A stretch of 64,000 bases of DNA from Candidatus Latescibacterota bacterium (GTDB lineage Bacteria > Latescibacterota > UBA2968 > GCA-2709665), in NCBI GenBank assembly GCA_965208835.1, contig OZ242358.1, forward strand, positions 2,496,001-2,560,000, read 5' to 3'. The position numbers and the translations under genes are program-made. Shown here piece by piece: positions 42,908-52,489 of the stretch. Position 1 is the first letter of the stretch. The number at the start of each line of letters is the position of its first letter. The notes under the pieces are model-generated. The model saw only the letters and a program-made list of their open reading frames with translations, did no database searches and was not told where the DNA came from.

Positions 42908-45900
42908 CTATGAACAACCAACCGAATTCCCGCAATTCAGACAGCGATAGCACGAACCGTTACGAACGGTGATATGACCACAGGTGTCGCAAAATGGAGC
43001 GTCTCCCATCATCTGCGAGAGCTGACCGTCCAGAACCATCGCTTGAGGATGCGCGTGCGCTTCCGTCTGGGATGACGATCCGTTGGACACCGTTTGCTGT
43101 GAACCGACACCGCCCGCGCCGTTGGACGCCGGACTGGCTTTGGGCGCGGAGTCTGCCAACGGTGAAGCGCTCGGCGAATCGGCACGAGTACCGGGGGCTT
43201 CGGGACTTTGTGTTGAGAGTGAGATCACTTCGGATTCCAGGTCGTGACGATCGTTGATATCGGATGCGATGTCTTCGGGCTTAACCTGCAGAAAGTCGGT
43301 CCGACCGAGATATTCATAGCCGAGAACCCGGAAAACATAGTCGATGACGGACGTAGCGAATTTGATATTGGGATGATCGACGGTTCCCCAGGGTTCGAAA
43401 CGCGTGAAAGTGAAGCCGTCCACGTATTCCTCGAGGGGTACCCCGTATTGCAGGCCCTTGGACACGGCAATGGCAAAGCAGTTCAGCATACTGCGGAATG
43501 GTGCGCCTTCCTTGCTCATGTCGATGAAGATTTCACCCAGAGCGCCATCCTCATATTCGCCAGTGCGCAAGTAGACTTTCTGATTGGCGACACGCGCTTC
43601 CTGAGTAAACCCGCTTCGCCTTTGCGGCAGCCGCCGCCTGGTCGGTCGGCTCACCAGCGTGACAGGCGCCGGTGCTGACTTGCCGCTGCCGTCTTCCGCC
43701 GACTGCCCGGGCGATTCTTCGGCTTCGGCGGCTTCCGCTTCGGCGTCGGTCTTTGTGGCCGTACTCAGGGGCTGAGAGAGTTTAGAGCCGTCCCTATAGA
43801 TGGCTACAGCCTTTAATCCCAGGTCCCATCCCTTGAGATATAGATCTTCGATTTCCTCAGCTGTGGTCTCGTTGGGGACGTTTACAGTCTTGGAAATGGC
43901 GCCGCAGATAAACTTCTGGGCGGCGGACATCATGCCCAGGTGGGCCATAGGCGCAATAAAGCGCTTGCCGTGTTTGCCGCACTTGTTCGCGCAGTCGAAT
44001 ATGGGCAGATGTTCATCTTTGAGGTGGGGTGCTCCCTCGACGGTCATGCGGCCACAGATGAATTCGTTGGCTTCGTCGATTTGTGATTCGGTATAGCCGA
44101 GTTCGGAAAGCAGGTTGAAACCGGGTGCGCCGTACTGTTCGGGCGAGAAGCCCAGGCGTCCCATCAGGCTGTCTCCCAGAATCCAGGGTGTGAAGGCGAA
44201 TTCCAGCTCGAGAACGCCGGGAAGAACGCCTTCCGCCTTTGCCAGATCTCCTGGGCCGAAGCCTTTTGCCTTCAACGACTCGTCGTTGATGTGCGGTGCG
44301 TCTTTCAGAGAGAGCCGCCCGCAGAGGTAGGTGAGGATATCCGTGATTTCGCGGGAGGAATAGCCGAGTCGTTCAAGGGCTTCCGGTACGGCGTGGTTGA
44401 CGATTTTGAAATAGCCGCCGCCCGCGAGCTTTTTGAATTTGACCAGGGCGAAGTCGGGTTCGATGCCGGTTGTGTCGCAGTCCATCAGCAGGCCGATGGT
44501 GCCTGTAGGCGCAATCACCGTAGCCTGCGCATTACGATAGCCGTACTCTTCGCCCAGTTCGACCGCCTGGTCCCAGTCTTCCTGTGCCGCACGAAGCAGG
44601 TCGCGCGGGCATGCACGGGCATCGATATTGTACGCGGCGTCGCGGTGCATGTTCATGACGTTGAGCATGGGGCTGCGGTTCTTTTCAAAGCCGGGAAACG
44701 GATTCTTGTCTGCTGCCATGCGGGCCGACGTCGCGTAGGCCTGTCCACACATAATTGCAGTGATGGCGGCGCAAATGGCCCTTGCGCCCTCACTGTCGTA
44801 GGGCAGTCCCTGCACCATCAGGAGTGTGCCCAGATTGGCGTATCCGAGGCCGAGCGGGCGGTAGTCGTGGCTGTTCCGCGCGATCATCCGCGTGGGATAG
44901 GATGCGAAATCGACCAGGATTTCCTGGGCCATGAAAAAGATCTTGCAGGCATAACGGAAACCGTCTATGTCGAAGGTACCGTCGTCATTGAGGAACTTCA
45001 TGAGGTTGATGGAGGCGAGGTTGCACGCCGTGTCGTCGAGGAACATGAACTCGGAACACGGGTTGGAACCGTAGATGCGGTCGGTGCCGGCGCACGTGTG
45101 CCAGTGGTTGATCGTGGTGTCGTACTGCATTCCGGGATCGGCACAGGCCCATGCAGCTTCCGCGATTTGTCGCATGAGATTGCGTGCCTTGTGCGTTTCG
45201 TAGACTTCGCCGGTTGTACGCAGTCGGGTATGCCACTCGCCGTCGTTTTTACAGGCCTGCATAAATGCGTCGGTGACGCGCACGGAGTTGTTGGAGTTTT
45301 GGCCGGAAACGGTCTGGTACGCCTCGCCGTTGAAGTCCGAGCTGTAGCCGGCGGCCATAAGCGCGGCCACTTTCTTCTCTTCCTTAACCTTCCAGCTGAT
45401 AAAGTCGAGAATTTCAGGGTGATCCATGTCCAGACAGACCATTTTGGCGGCGCGTCTTGTCGTCCCTCCCGATTTGATGGCGCCGGCGCCCTTGTCAAGG
45501 ACTTCCAGAAAGGACATCAGGCCGGAAGAAACGCCGCCTCCCGAAAGCTTCTCCATCTTTCCGCGAATTCTGGAAAAATTGGTACCGGTGCCGGATCCGT
45601 ATTTGAAGAGTCGGACCTCGCTCTTCAGTAATTCGAAAATGTCCATGGTGTCGTCCTGGACGGACTGGATGTAACAGGCGGAGCATTGGGGATGTGAATA
45701 GGAGTCTTCGGTTTCGGATACGCATTCCCGGTCCCAATCCCAGTGCCAGTTGCCACCGCTGCCTTGAATGCCGTATTCGTGGTGCAGCCCGCAGTTGAAC
45801 CAGACCGGCGAATTGAACGCGCCCATTTGATGCACGAGGTGGTAGGCAAGTTCCGCTTCGAAGGTGTCCGCGTCTTCGGGGGAGTCGAAATATCTTCCCT

Positions 45901-46174
45901 GGTCCTCCCCGGCCTTGCGGATGGTGCGGGCGACCCGGTGCATCACCTGCCGCACGGACGTCTCGTGTCCGGTCTCTGGCACGCCCCTTTTTCTGAAGTA
46001 TTTGGATACGACGATATCCGTTGCCAGTTGTGACCATTCGGTCGGTACTTCGGCGTCGTCCATGCGAAAGACTTCTGACCCGTCGGGGTTGGTGATAACG
46101 GAAGTTTTCTTTACGTATTCAACCTGATCCAACGGATTCCGGCCGGGTGTGGTCCGCCTGCGTTCAAGCTTCAT
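42908..46174 (-). CDS. nrdJ: Vitamin B12-dependent (class II) ribonucleotide reductase
   Basis: 'FNSPVWFN', 'PQCSACYIQ', 'SNPCSEF', 'IAPTGTIG', 'AISKTVN', C-terminal CDTC...CLNC. Confidence 0.96.
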   Translation of the reverse strand: MKLERRRTTPGRNPLDQVEYVKKTSVITNPDGSEVFRMDDAEVPTEWSQLATDIVVSKYFRKRGVPETGHETSVRQVMHRVARTIRKAGEDQGRYFDSPEDADTFEAELAYHLVHQMGAFNSPVWFNCGLHHEYGIQGSGGNWHWDWDRECVSETEDSYSHPQCSACYIQSVQDDTMDIFELLKSEVRLFKYGSGTGTNFSRIRGKMEKLSGGGVSSGLMSFLEVLDKGAGAIKSGGTTRRAAKMVCLDMDHPEILDFISWKVKEEKKVAALMAAGYSSDFNGEAYQTVSGQNSNNSVRVTDAFMQACKNDGEWHTRLRTTGEVYETHKARNLMRQIAEAAWACADPGMQYDTTINHWHTCAGTDRIYGSNPCSEFMFLDDTACNLASINLMKFLNDDGTFDIDGFRYACKIFFMAQEILVDFASYPTRMIARNSHDYRPLGLGYANLGTLLMVQGLPYDSEGARAICAAITAIMCGQAYATSARMAADKNPFPGFEKNRSPMLNVMNMHRDAAYNIDARACPRDLLRAAQEDWDQAVELGEEYGYRNAQATVIAPTGTIGLLMDCDTTGIEPDFALVKFKKLAGGGYFKIVNHAVPEALERLGYSSREITDILTYLCGRLSLKDAPHINDESLKAKGFGPGDLAKAEGVLPGVLELEFAFTPWILGDSLMGRLGFSPEQYGAPGFNLLSELGYTESQIDEANEFICGRMTVEGAPHLKDEHLPIFDCANKCGKHGKRFIAPMAHLGMMSAAQKFICGAISKTVNVPNETTAEEIEDLYLKGWDLGLKAVAIYRDGSKLSQPLSTATKTDAEAEAAEAEESPGQSAEDGSGKSAPAPVTLVSRPTRRRLPQRRSGFTQEARVANQKVYLRTGEYEDGALGEIFIDMSKEGAPFRSMLNCFAIAVSKGLQYGVPLEEYVDGFTFTRFEPWGTVDHPNIKFATSVIDYVFRVLGYEYLGRTDFLQVKPEDIASDINDRHDLESEVISLSTQSPEAPGTRADSPSASPLADSAPKASPASNGAGGVGSQQTVSNGSSSQTEAHAHPQAMVLDGQLSQMMGDAPFCDTCGHITVRNGSCYRCLNCGNSVGCS

Positions 46175-46320
46175 ATGGAGACATCCTCCGGGTATCTTGA
46201 ATTGGTATGAAACGGCAAAACAAAGAGGACCTGCCTGGTAAACTTCACGTATCGTTTCGAGCCGTAAAAGTCCTGCGCCGCCTCGACAAGGTTACGGCGG
46301 TCAGTTATTTCGATCGTTTA

Positions 46321-46531
46321 GAAGCTGTTTTGGAATTCCTGAGTGAACTAACGAGCGCGAGCGAACACGTGGCGGTTAAGAGGCACGAGGGGCACGTAGT
46401 GCCGAGGCGCGAGGGGCGCGCAGCGCCGACGGGAAAACCCACTCGCATCTATAGATACCTGTGGATTCTACCAGCGCCGACCGGCGCTTTGGCAGCCGCG
46501 CGAAGGCCGCTGGGGATTTTAAAACAGCTTC
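46321..46531 (+). repeat. MITE-like intergenic repeat family B, copy 2 (~211 bp)
   Basis: TIRs GAAGCTGTTTTGGAATTCC...GGATTTTAAAACAGCTTC; shares blocks with 12261..12470. Confidence 0.75.
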
Positions 46532-46595
46532 CTAAGACGCATCTGAAGGGGAAAGGCGCGTCCGGTGACGATGGTGAGAGGGGAGTGAATTGGTT

Positions 46596-47060
46596 TCAGC
46601 CGCCCGCTTGAGGGGAAGCGAGTTGCCGCAGTTCCTTTTCGAAGTCGCTCAGATCCTTGAACTGTCTGTAGACCGATGCGAAACGGACATAGGCGACCTG
46701 GTCAAGGTCTTTGAGTTCGTTGATGACCAGTTCGCCGATATCGTTGGCCTCAATCTCCCGTTCGCCGGTGCCGCTCAGCCTGGCTTCGATACGGTCTGCA
46801 ATCTCTTCCAGTCGGTCCATGGATATGGGCCGTTTGTTGCATGCGAGATGCAACTTGGAAAAGAGCTTGTTCTTGTCGAACGGTTCACGTCGACCGTCGG
46901 ACTTGACGACCATCAGCGGCGTGTCTTCGATGGATTCGTAGGTTGTAAACCTCCGACCGCAACTCAGGCATTCCCGGCGTCTGCGAATGGCCGTTGACTC
47001 CTTGCTGGACCTGGAGTCAACGACCTTGTCCTCCACTGTTCCACAGTAGGGACATCTCAT
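46596..47060 (-). CDS. nrdR: Transcriptional repressor NrdR
   Basis: 'MRCPYC', 'RRRRECLSCGRRFTTYE', 'VAYVRFASVY'. Confidence 0.97.
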   Translation of the reverse strand: MRCPYCGTVEDKVVDSRSSKESTAIRRRRECLSCGRRFTTYESIEDTPLMVVKSDGRREPFDKNKLFSKLHLACNKRPISMDRLEEIADRIEARLSGTGEREIEANDIGELVINELKDLDQVAYVRFASVYRQFKDLSDFEKELRQLASPQAGG

Positions 47061-47105
47061 GCGAGTGTTCTCCCGTAATCTCACGGAGAGCGGGGATAAG
47101 GACAG

Positions 47106-47181
47106 ATATAGGGTCCTCGGGTTAAAGGACCCTATATTGTGGGGTAATGCTATTATAATACCAAATATAGAGTTTTGTCAA
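47106..47181 (-). promoter_or_regulatory. nrdR-nrdJ promoter with tandem NrdR-box-like sites
   Basis: Minus strand TTGACA-N18-TATAAT (47181-47152); ATACCAAATATAGAGT (47158-47173) and ACCCTATATTGTGGGG (47129-47144) resemble the NrdR box. Confidence 0.7.
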
Positions 47182-47474
47182 GTGAAAATTTTAAAAATCT
47201 AATTTGCCGAATCCAGGGTGAATCTGGCACAAGAATAGAGTTGCGGCCATAGGATAACCAACTGAAGCCTACGAACGCCAGCGCGCAGACCTGAACGTGG
47301 CCAGGTGAGCGGAAGAGACGTTTACAGCCCGATACGCGCAACGTCACCATTGCGTGCGATTTGTCTTAACACCCTTAAAAACAAACCAGTACCAATCGTC
47401 TTTGACCGGGATCGATTTATATCAGGATCGTAAAGCCAGGTTCCCATGCAGATTGCATACGGGCCGGGTCCGCC

Positions 47475-49877
47475 TCAAGGCGAACTCACGTCCAGGTTCC
47501 GGCCCCCGAAAATCAGCCTTGTTCCGGAAACCGTCGAGTGTGACAGGTAGGCGCCGTCGGAACCGGTCCTGATAACAGCGCACATTGCGTCGGTGGCGAG
47601 TCTGGTCTCGCCGAACGCCCTGTAGGTTCCGTCTGATATTACGATGTGATCCACCCCGCCGCCGTGTTCCACGATCAGGTACGCGGTCCCGCCAGGCCCT
47701 CCGTTTTCTCCACGGCGAATCTGCACGCCCGGAAGCGGCAGGCTACTGAAAGGATAGAGTAACACCGCCAGATCGTCCGTCAGTCCGCCGCCTGTCGTCA
47801 GCGCGTCCAGAGAAGCCCAGCGGATGAGCTGCCGGGCGGGCCGCCGTCCGGGAATGCCCCCCAGATGCGCCATTCCCGTACCCACACGTATGGACGGGGC
47901 ATCGGGCGTGGCGACGAGCAGGCCGGGTGCTTCGGTGGAATACACCGCGGTCCCGCCCCGCTGCAGCGGCGTGGGGGAATGAAGGAAGAACGAGGCTTTT
48001 CTGCCGGCATCGGCGGCGGAGAAGGCATCGAAAACCAGGAAATAGGGATTCGCCTCCTTTACGGGTCCCAATGGTTCGACGAACAGAAAGTGCCGCCGAT
48101 GCCGGACCCCCAGAGAGCGATAGCCCCGGTGCTCGGCGGAAAAATAGTCCATGCCTTCCTGGCTGCTCCAGACGGGTTGTTCGCCCACGGCGATGCGACG
48201 ATCCAGGTTCCGGTCGTCTATCACGAGCATGTTGTGCGCCTTGGAGGTTATATACCAGGGCCGGTGTAGTGGATCGTCGTAACTGACGCCGAGCCCGGCG
48301 TCGACGGCCAGCGCCGCGCCGAAGGCGAAAAGTTCGAAGCTGAGAATGTCGTAGTGATAATGCCCGCCGGCCCAGGAGCCGTAGTTGATAACCAGATATG
48401 GGCTTTCCCGGGTCCAGTCCATGCGCATGACCGCGAATCCCGATGGCCGGAAATCTATTGACGTGCCGGATGGCGCAACTGCGTGGTCGTCAATGTCGGC
48501 CCCGAGGAGGTTCCTGGCCACCCATAGCATGTCCGGCCGATTGAATATGCGGCCGCCATCGACAAAGACGTTCCGGTCGAACCGTGCCCGGCCGCCGTCA
48601 TTGACTGCGGGCTGGGTGCCCAGAGGGCTGATCAGGTACATCCAGTGGTTCAGTGTGCGTTCGAGGGGAGGTCGCAGGGCGGCCGCCCGGTCGTCATGAC
48701 CTCCGAACATCTCCAGAAGGTGGGCGAGATTCCTCGGATCGCGATAAGCGACGTTGGAATAGCTGGATGGACAACGTTCGGAATGGCAGCCGTCTTCGTA
48801 GAAGTCCTTCGACAGATGCTCCTCCATACGATGGACGCCAAGGGAGACCCAACGCTCAGCTTCTTCGAACTCGGGGAAGTTCAGGCCCAGCTCGGCCAGG
48901 GCGTAGGTGCCCATCACCTGCCAGTTGCCCGACCGGTAACCCTGCTTCTGCAGCTCGTACAACCAGCGGGCCGATCCCAGGAAGTTCTTCAAGATCCGTT
49001 CGTGGGTCGTTGCCGTGAGCCTTCCGCGGTTCAGCCGGTAAAACTCCAGGAATACGCGGTTCCGGCGGGCGCCCAGTCCGAGCTCGTACCAGATCGGGTG
49101 TTTGTCCGGTTCGGCGCCCACGACGTCGTCCCGTTGTTCGTACCATTGATTGAAGAGTTCATCGAAAGCGTCCAGATACTTCGTGTTCCGCGTACCCAGG
49201 TAGGCCCATAGCAGGGGCTGGGACCATTCCCAGTAGTGAAATCCGTATTTCCCGCCTCTGCCGTAATCCGCATTGAAGTCCACGACCGGACCGTGCTGGA
49301 TGTTGACGCCGCCCCATCCCGTAATATCGTGTGCCGCCACGCGGTCGGCCGCCGCAGTGTAGGACTTCGTACTGAAGAACCGGAAGGCCTCTTCCACGGT
49401 GTAAAAGGGGACGCCGGCATTGATATAGGCGTATCCCGGTCGATTGTCCCAGTGTGTGCCCCACGCATTGTAGGCTGCGTCGTAGTCCCCCTGGTCGACG
49501 GCGCGCTTCACGGCCTCGAGCCCGGTACGGCTCAGGTCCATCGCGGCGAAGAGATCGGGGTCGCTGATGTGTTTGATCTGCTCGTCCAGGTAGACAGGAT
49601 CTTCCCTGAGATCTGCGTTCGCCTCACCAAAGACCTTTGCAAATCGAACGAAGTCGCCAAAGCCGACGCGACCGTCGAGGTCCAGGTCGAAACGGTCGTC
49701 GAAGGCGCCGTCCGAACGGTCGGTTCCGAAGTTCCGGGCAAGGGCGACGAAGTCGTCGAACGTCACCAGGCCGTCGCCGTTGAAGTCCCCCGGCAAACTC
49801 GAACCGGCATCGGCATGAATCAGCAGGGTCGCCGCGAGGACGCTCAGCCACATCCAGCGTACGATCTCTCCGGTCAT
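47475..49877 (-). CDS. Secreted heparinase II/III-family polysaccharide lyase-like protein with N-terminal EF-hand/dockerin-like module (paralog 1)
   Basis: Signal peptide; 'GDFNGDGLVTFDDF..FDLDLDGRVGFGDF'; 'GNWQ', 'DGCHSE', 'SGFAVMR', 'GHYHYDILSF', 'AHNML'. Confidence 0.8.
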   Translation of the reverse strand: MTGEIVRWMWLSVLAATLLIHADAGSSLPGDFNGDGLVTFDDFVALARNFGTDRSDGAFDDRFDLDLDGRVGFGDFVRFAKVFGEANADLREDPVYLDEQIKHISDPDLFAAMDLSRTGLEAVKRAVDQGDYDAAYNAWGTHWDNRPGYAYINAGVPFYTVEEAFRFFSTKSYTAAADRVAAHDITGWGGVNIQHGPVVDFNADYGRGGKYGFHYWEWSQPLLWAYLGTRNTKYLDAFDELFNQWYEQRDDVVGAEPDKHPIWYELGLGARRNRVFLEFYRLNRGRLTATTHERILKNFLGSARWLYELQKQGYRSGNWQVMGTYALAELGLNFPEFEEAERWVSLGVHRMEEHLSKDFYEDGCHSERCPSSYSNVAYRDPRNLAHLLEMFGGHDDRAAALRPPLERTLNHWMYLISPLGTQPAVNDGGRARFDRNVFVDGGRIFNRPDMLWVARNLLGADIDDHAVAPSGTSIDFRPSGFAVMRMDWTRESPYLVINYGSWAGGHYHYDILSFELFAFGAALAVDAGLGVSYDDPLHRPWYITSKAHNMLVIDDRNLDRRIAVGEQPVWSSQEGMDYFSAEHRGYRSLGVRHRRHFLFVEPLGPVKEANPYFLVFDAFSAADAGRKASFFLHSPTPLQRGGTAVYSTEAPGLLVATPDAPSIRVGTGMAHLGGIPGRRPARQLIRWASLDALTTGGGLTDDLAVLLYPFSSLPLPGVQIRRGENGGPGGTAYLIVEHGGGVDHIVISDGTYRAFGETRLATDAMCAVIRTGSDGAYLSHSTVSGTRLIFGGRNLDVSSP

Positions 49878-50023
49878 TGGAAATTCCGTTTATCGGGTCC
49901 GTTGGAGAAACCGGACCATCAAGCGGATCGTTGGAATATTTGGCTCTGCGACAAAGAAAAACGCCGGACGGGTTTTCCGTCTTCGACTCGTTTTCACGGA
50001 ACCGGAATCGGGCCGCGTCCGCC

Positions 50024-52426
50024 TCAAGGCGAACTCACGTCCAGGTTCCGGTCCCCGAAAATCAGCCTTGTGCCGGAAACGGTCGCGTGTGAGAGGTAGG
50101 CACCGTCGGAATCGGTCCTGATTACAGCGCACATTGCGTCGGTGGCAAGTCCGGTCTCGCCGAACGTCCTGTATGTTCCGTCTGATATCACGATGTGGTC
50201 TACGATGCCGCCGTGTTCCACGATCAGGTACGCGGTCCCGCCAGATGCACCTCTTTCGCCGCGACGGATTCGCACTGTTGGCAGCGGCAGGCTCCTGAAG
50301 GGATAGAGTAGCACGGCCAGATCGTCCATCAGTCCGCCGCCGGAAGTCATAAGGTCGAGGGAAGCCCACCGGATGAGCTGCCTGGCGGGCCGCCGGCCGG
50401 GGATGCCCCCGAGATGCGCCATTCCCGTGCCCAGGCGAACGGACGGAGCATCGGGCGTGGCCACGAGCAGGCCGGGCGCTTCGGTGGAAAACACCGCGGT
50501 TCCGCCCCGCTGCAGCGGCGTGGGGGAGTGAAGGAAGAACGAGGCTCTTCTGCCGCCGTCGTCGACGGAGAAGGCATCGAATACCAGGAAGTAGGGATTC
50601 GCCACATTCGCCGATCCCGAAGATTTGATGAATATAAAATGGCGGCGATGCCGGACGCCCAGAGAGCGATAGCCTTCGTGTTCTGCGGAAAAGTAGTCCA
50701 GGCCCGCCTTGCTGCTCCATATCTGATTTTGGCCTACGGCAATCTTGCGATCGAGGTTCGCGTCGTCGATCACCAGCATGTTGTGCGCTATGGATGTCTT
50801 GTACCAAGGTCTGTGGAGCGGATCGTCGTAACTGACCCCGATTCCGGCGTCGACGGCCAGCGGCTGCCCGTACGCGAAGAGCTCGAAACTGAGGATATCG
50901 GGGTGTGAATGCCCTCCGCCATATTCACCGTAGTTGATGACCAGATATGGACTCTCGCGGGTCCAGTCCTGGCGCATGACCGCGAAACCCGACGGTCTGA
51001 AATCGATTGACGTTTTGGATGGAGGCTCAACCTGGTCATCGATATCGGCGCCGAGGAGGTTTTGGGCCACCCAAAGCAAGTCCGGGCGATTGAAGGCACG
51101 ACCTCCATCGATAAGAATGTCGCGGTTGAAACGGCCGCGGCCGCCGTCGTTCACGGCAGGCTGGGTGCCAAGAGGACTGATCAGGTACATCCAGTGGTTC
51201 AGCGTGCGTTCGAGCGGCGGGCGCAGGGCGGCCGCCCGGTCTTCGTTGCCTCCGAAGCGCTCGAGAAGAAAGGCCAGATTCCTTGGGTCGCGATAGACGA
51301 TGTTGGAATAGCTGGACGGGCAGTGCTCCGAGTGACAGCCGTCTTCATAGAAATCCTTTTGAAGATGCTCTTCAATCCGGTAGACGCCCTGCGAGATCCA
51401 CCGTTCCGCCTCCTTGAATTCCGGCAGGTTGATGCCCAGTTCGGCCAGTGCGTAGGACCCCATCACCTGCCAGTTGCCCGACCGGTACCCCTGTTTTTCC
51501 AGCTCGTACAGCCAGCGCGCGGAACCCAGGAAGTTCTTGAGGATCCGCTCGTGAGTCCGTACGGAAAGCCGGCCGCGGTTCAGCTTGTAGAACTCCAGGA
51601 AGACGCGGTTCCTGCGCGACCCGAGCCCAAGTTCATACCAGATCGGACTCAGGTGCGCGTAGGCGCCCACGACGTCGTCCCGCTGCTCGTACCACTGATT
51701 GAAGAGTTTGTCGAAGGCATCCAGGTACTTCGTGTCCCGTGTGCCCATAAATGCCCATAGAAGAGGCCCTGACCAACCCCAGTAATGAAATCCGTATTTG
51801 CCGCTTCGCCCATAATCTGCGTTGAAATCCACAACCGGTCCGTGCTGTATGGTGACGCCGCCCCAACCGGTGATGTTGTGGGCGACCACGCGTTCCGCCG
51901 CCGCCGTGTAGTTTCTGGTGCTGAAGTACTGAATTGCCTCATCTATGGAATAGTAGGGGATGCCGGTGTTGATATAATCATACCCCGGGCGGGCGTCCCA
52001 GTACGCACCCCACGCTTCGTAGGCCGTAGCGTAGTCCTCCTGTTCCACGGCACGCTTCACATCCTCGAGCCCGTCACGGTCCAGATCCATGGCTGCGAAG
52101 AGATCGGGATCGCTGATGTGCTTGATCTGCCGGTCAAGGTAATCGGGATCTTCACGGTGGTCGGTATTTGCCTCTCCGAAGGCCGTTGCAAACAGAACGA
52201 AGTCACTGAAACCGACCCGCCCGTCGAGGTCCAGGTCGAAACGGTCGTCAAAGCCGTCATCGGACCGGGACGTACCGAAGTTGCGGACGAAAGCGACGAA
52301 ATCATCGAACGCGACCAGACCGTCGCCGTTGAAGTCCCCGGGCACGCCAGGCCAGGCGGCGGAGTACGCCATTAGTACGGCCAGAAACGGCACAATGCGC
52401 ATTCTGATTAGCGCTCGCGGAGACAT
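50024..52426 (-). CDS. Secreted heparinase II/III-family polysaccharide lyase-like protein with EF-hand/dockerin-like module (paralog 2)
   Basis: Same architecture and length (800 aa) as 47475..49877; 'GHSHPDILSF', 'AHNML'. Confidence 0.8.
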   Translation of the reverse strand: MSPRALIRMRIVPFLAVLMAYSAAWPGVPGDFNGDGLVAFDDFVAFVRNFGTSRSDDGFDDRFDLDLDGRVGFSDFVLFATAFGEANTDHREDPDYLDRQIKHISDPDLFAAMDLDRDGLEDVKRAVEQEDYATAYEAWGAYWDARPGYDYINTGIPYYSIDEAIQYFSTRNYTAAAERVVAHNITGWGGVTIQHGPVVDFNADYGRSGKYGFHYWGWSGPLLWAFMGTRDTKYLDAFDKLFNQWYEQRDDVVGAYAHLSPIWYELGLGSRRNRVFLEFYKLNRGRLSVRTHERILKNFLGSARWLYELEKQGYRSGNWQVMGSYALAELGINLPEFKEAERWISQGVYRIEEHLQKDFYEDGCHSEHCPSSYSNIVYRDPRNLAFLLERFGGNEDRAAALRPPLERTLNHWMYLISPLGTQPAVNDGGRGRFNRDILIDGGRAFNRPDLLWVAQNLLGADIDDQVEPPSKTSIDFRPSGFAVMRQDWTRESPYLVINYGEYGGGHSHPDILSFELFAYGQPLAVDAGIGVSYDDPLHRPWYKTSIAHNMLVIDDANLDRKIAVGQNQIWSSKAGLDYFSAEHEGYRSLGVRHRRHFIFIKSSGSANVANPYFLVFDAFSVDDGGRRASFFLHSPTPLQRGGTAVFSTEAPGLLVATPDAPSVRLGTGMAHLGGIPGRRPARQLIRWASLDLMTSGGGLMDDLAVLLYPFRSLPLPTVRIRRGERGASGGTAYLIVEHGGIVDHIVISDGTYRTFGETGLATDAMCAVIRTDSDGAYLSHATVSGTRLIFGDRNLDVSSP

Positions 52427-52489
52427 CGTTTGCTCCGGAGGACAGACGACTGGGACTTTGTAGTAATTCCGGAGTCCGGGCGGGGCGGG

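Noticed and set aside
42908-46174. Intein in NrdJ (1088 aa)
   Set aside because: No intein junction or homing-endonuclease motifs; the length is explained by the C-terminal domain and low-complexity linkers.
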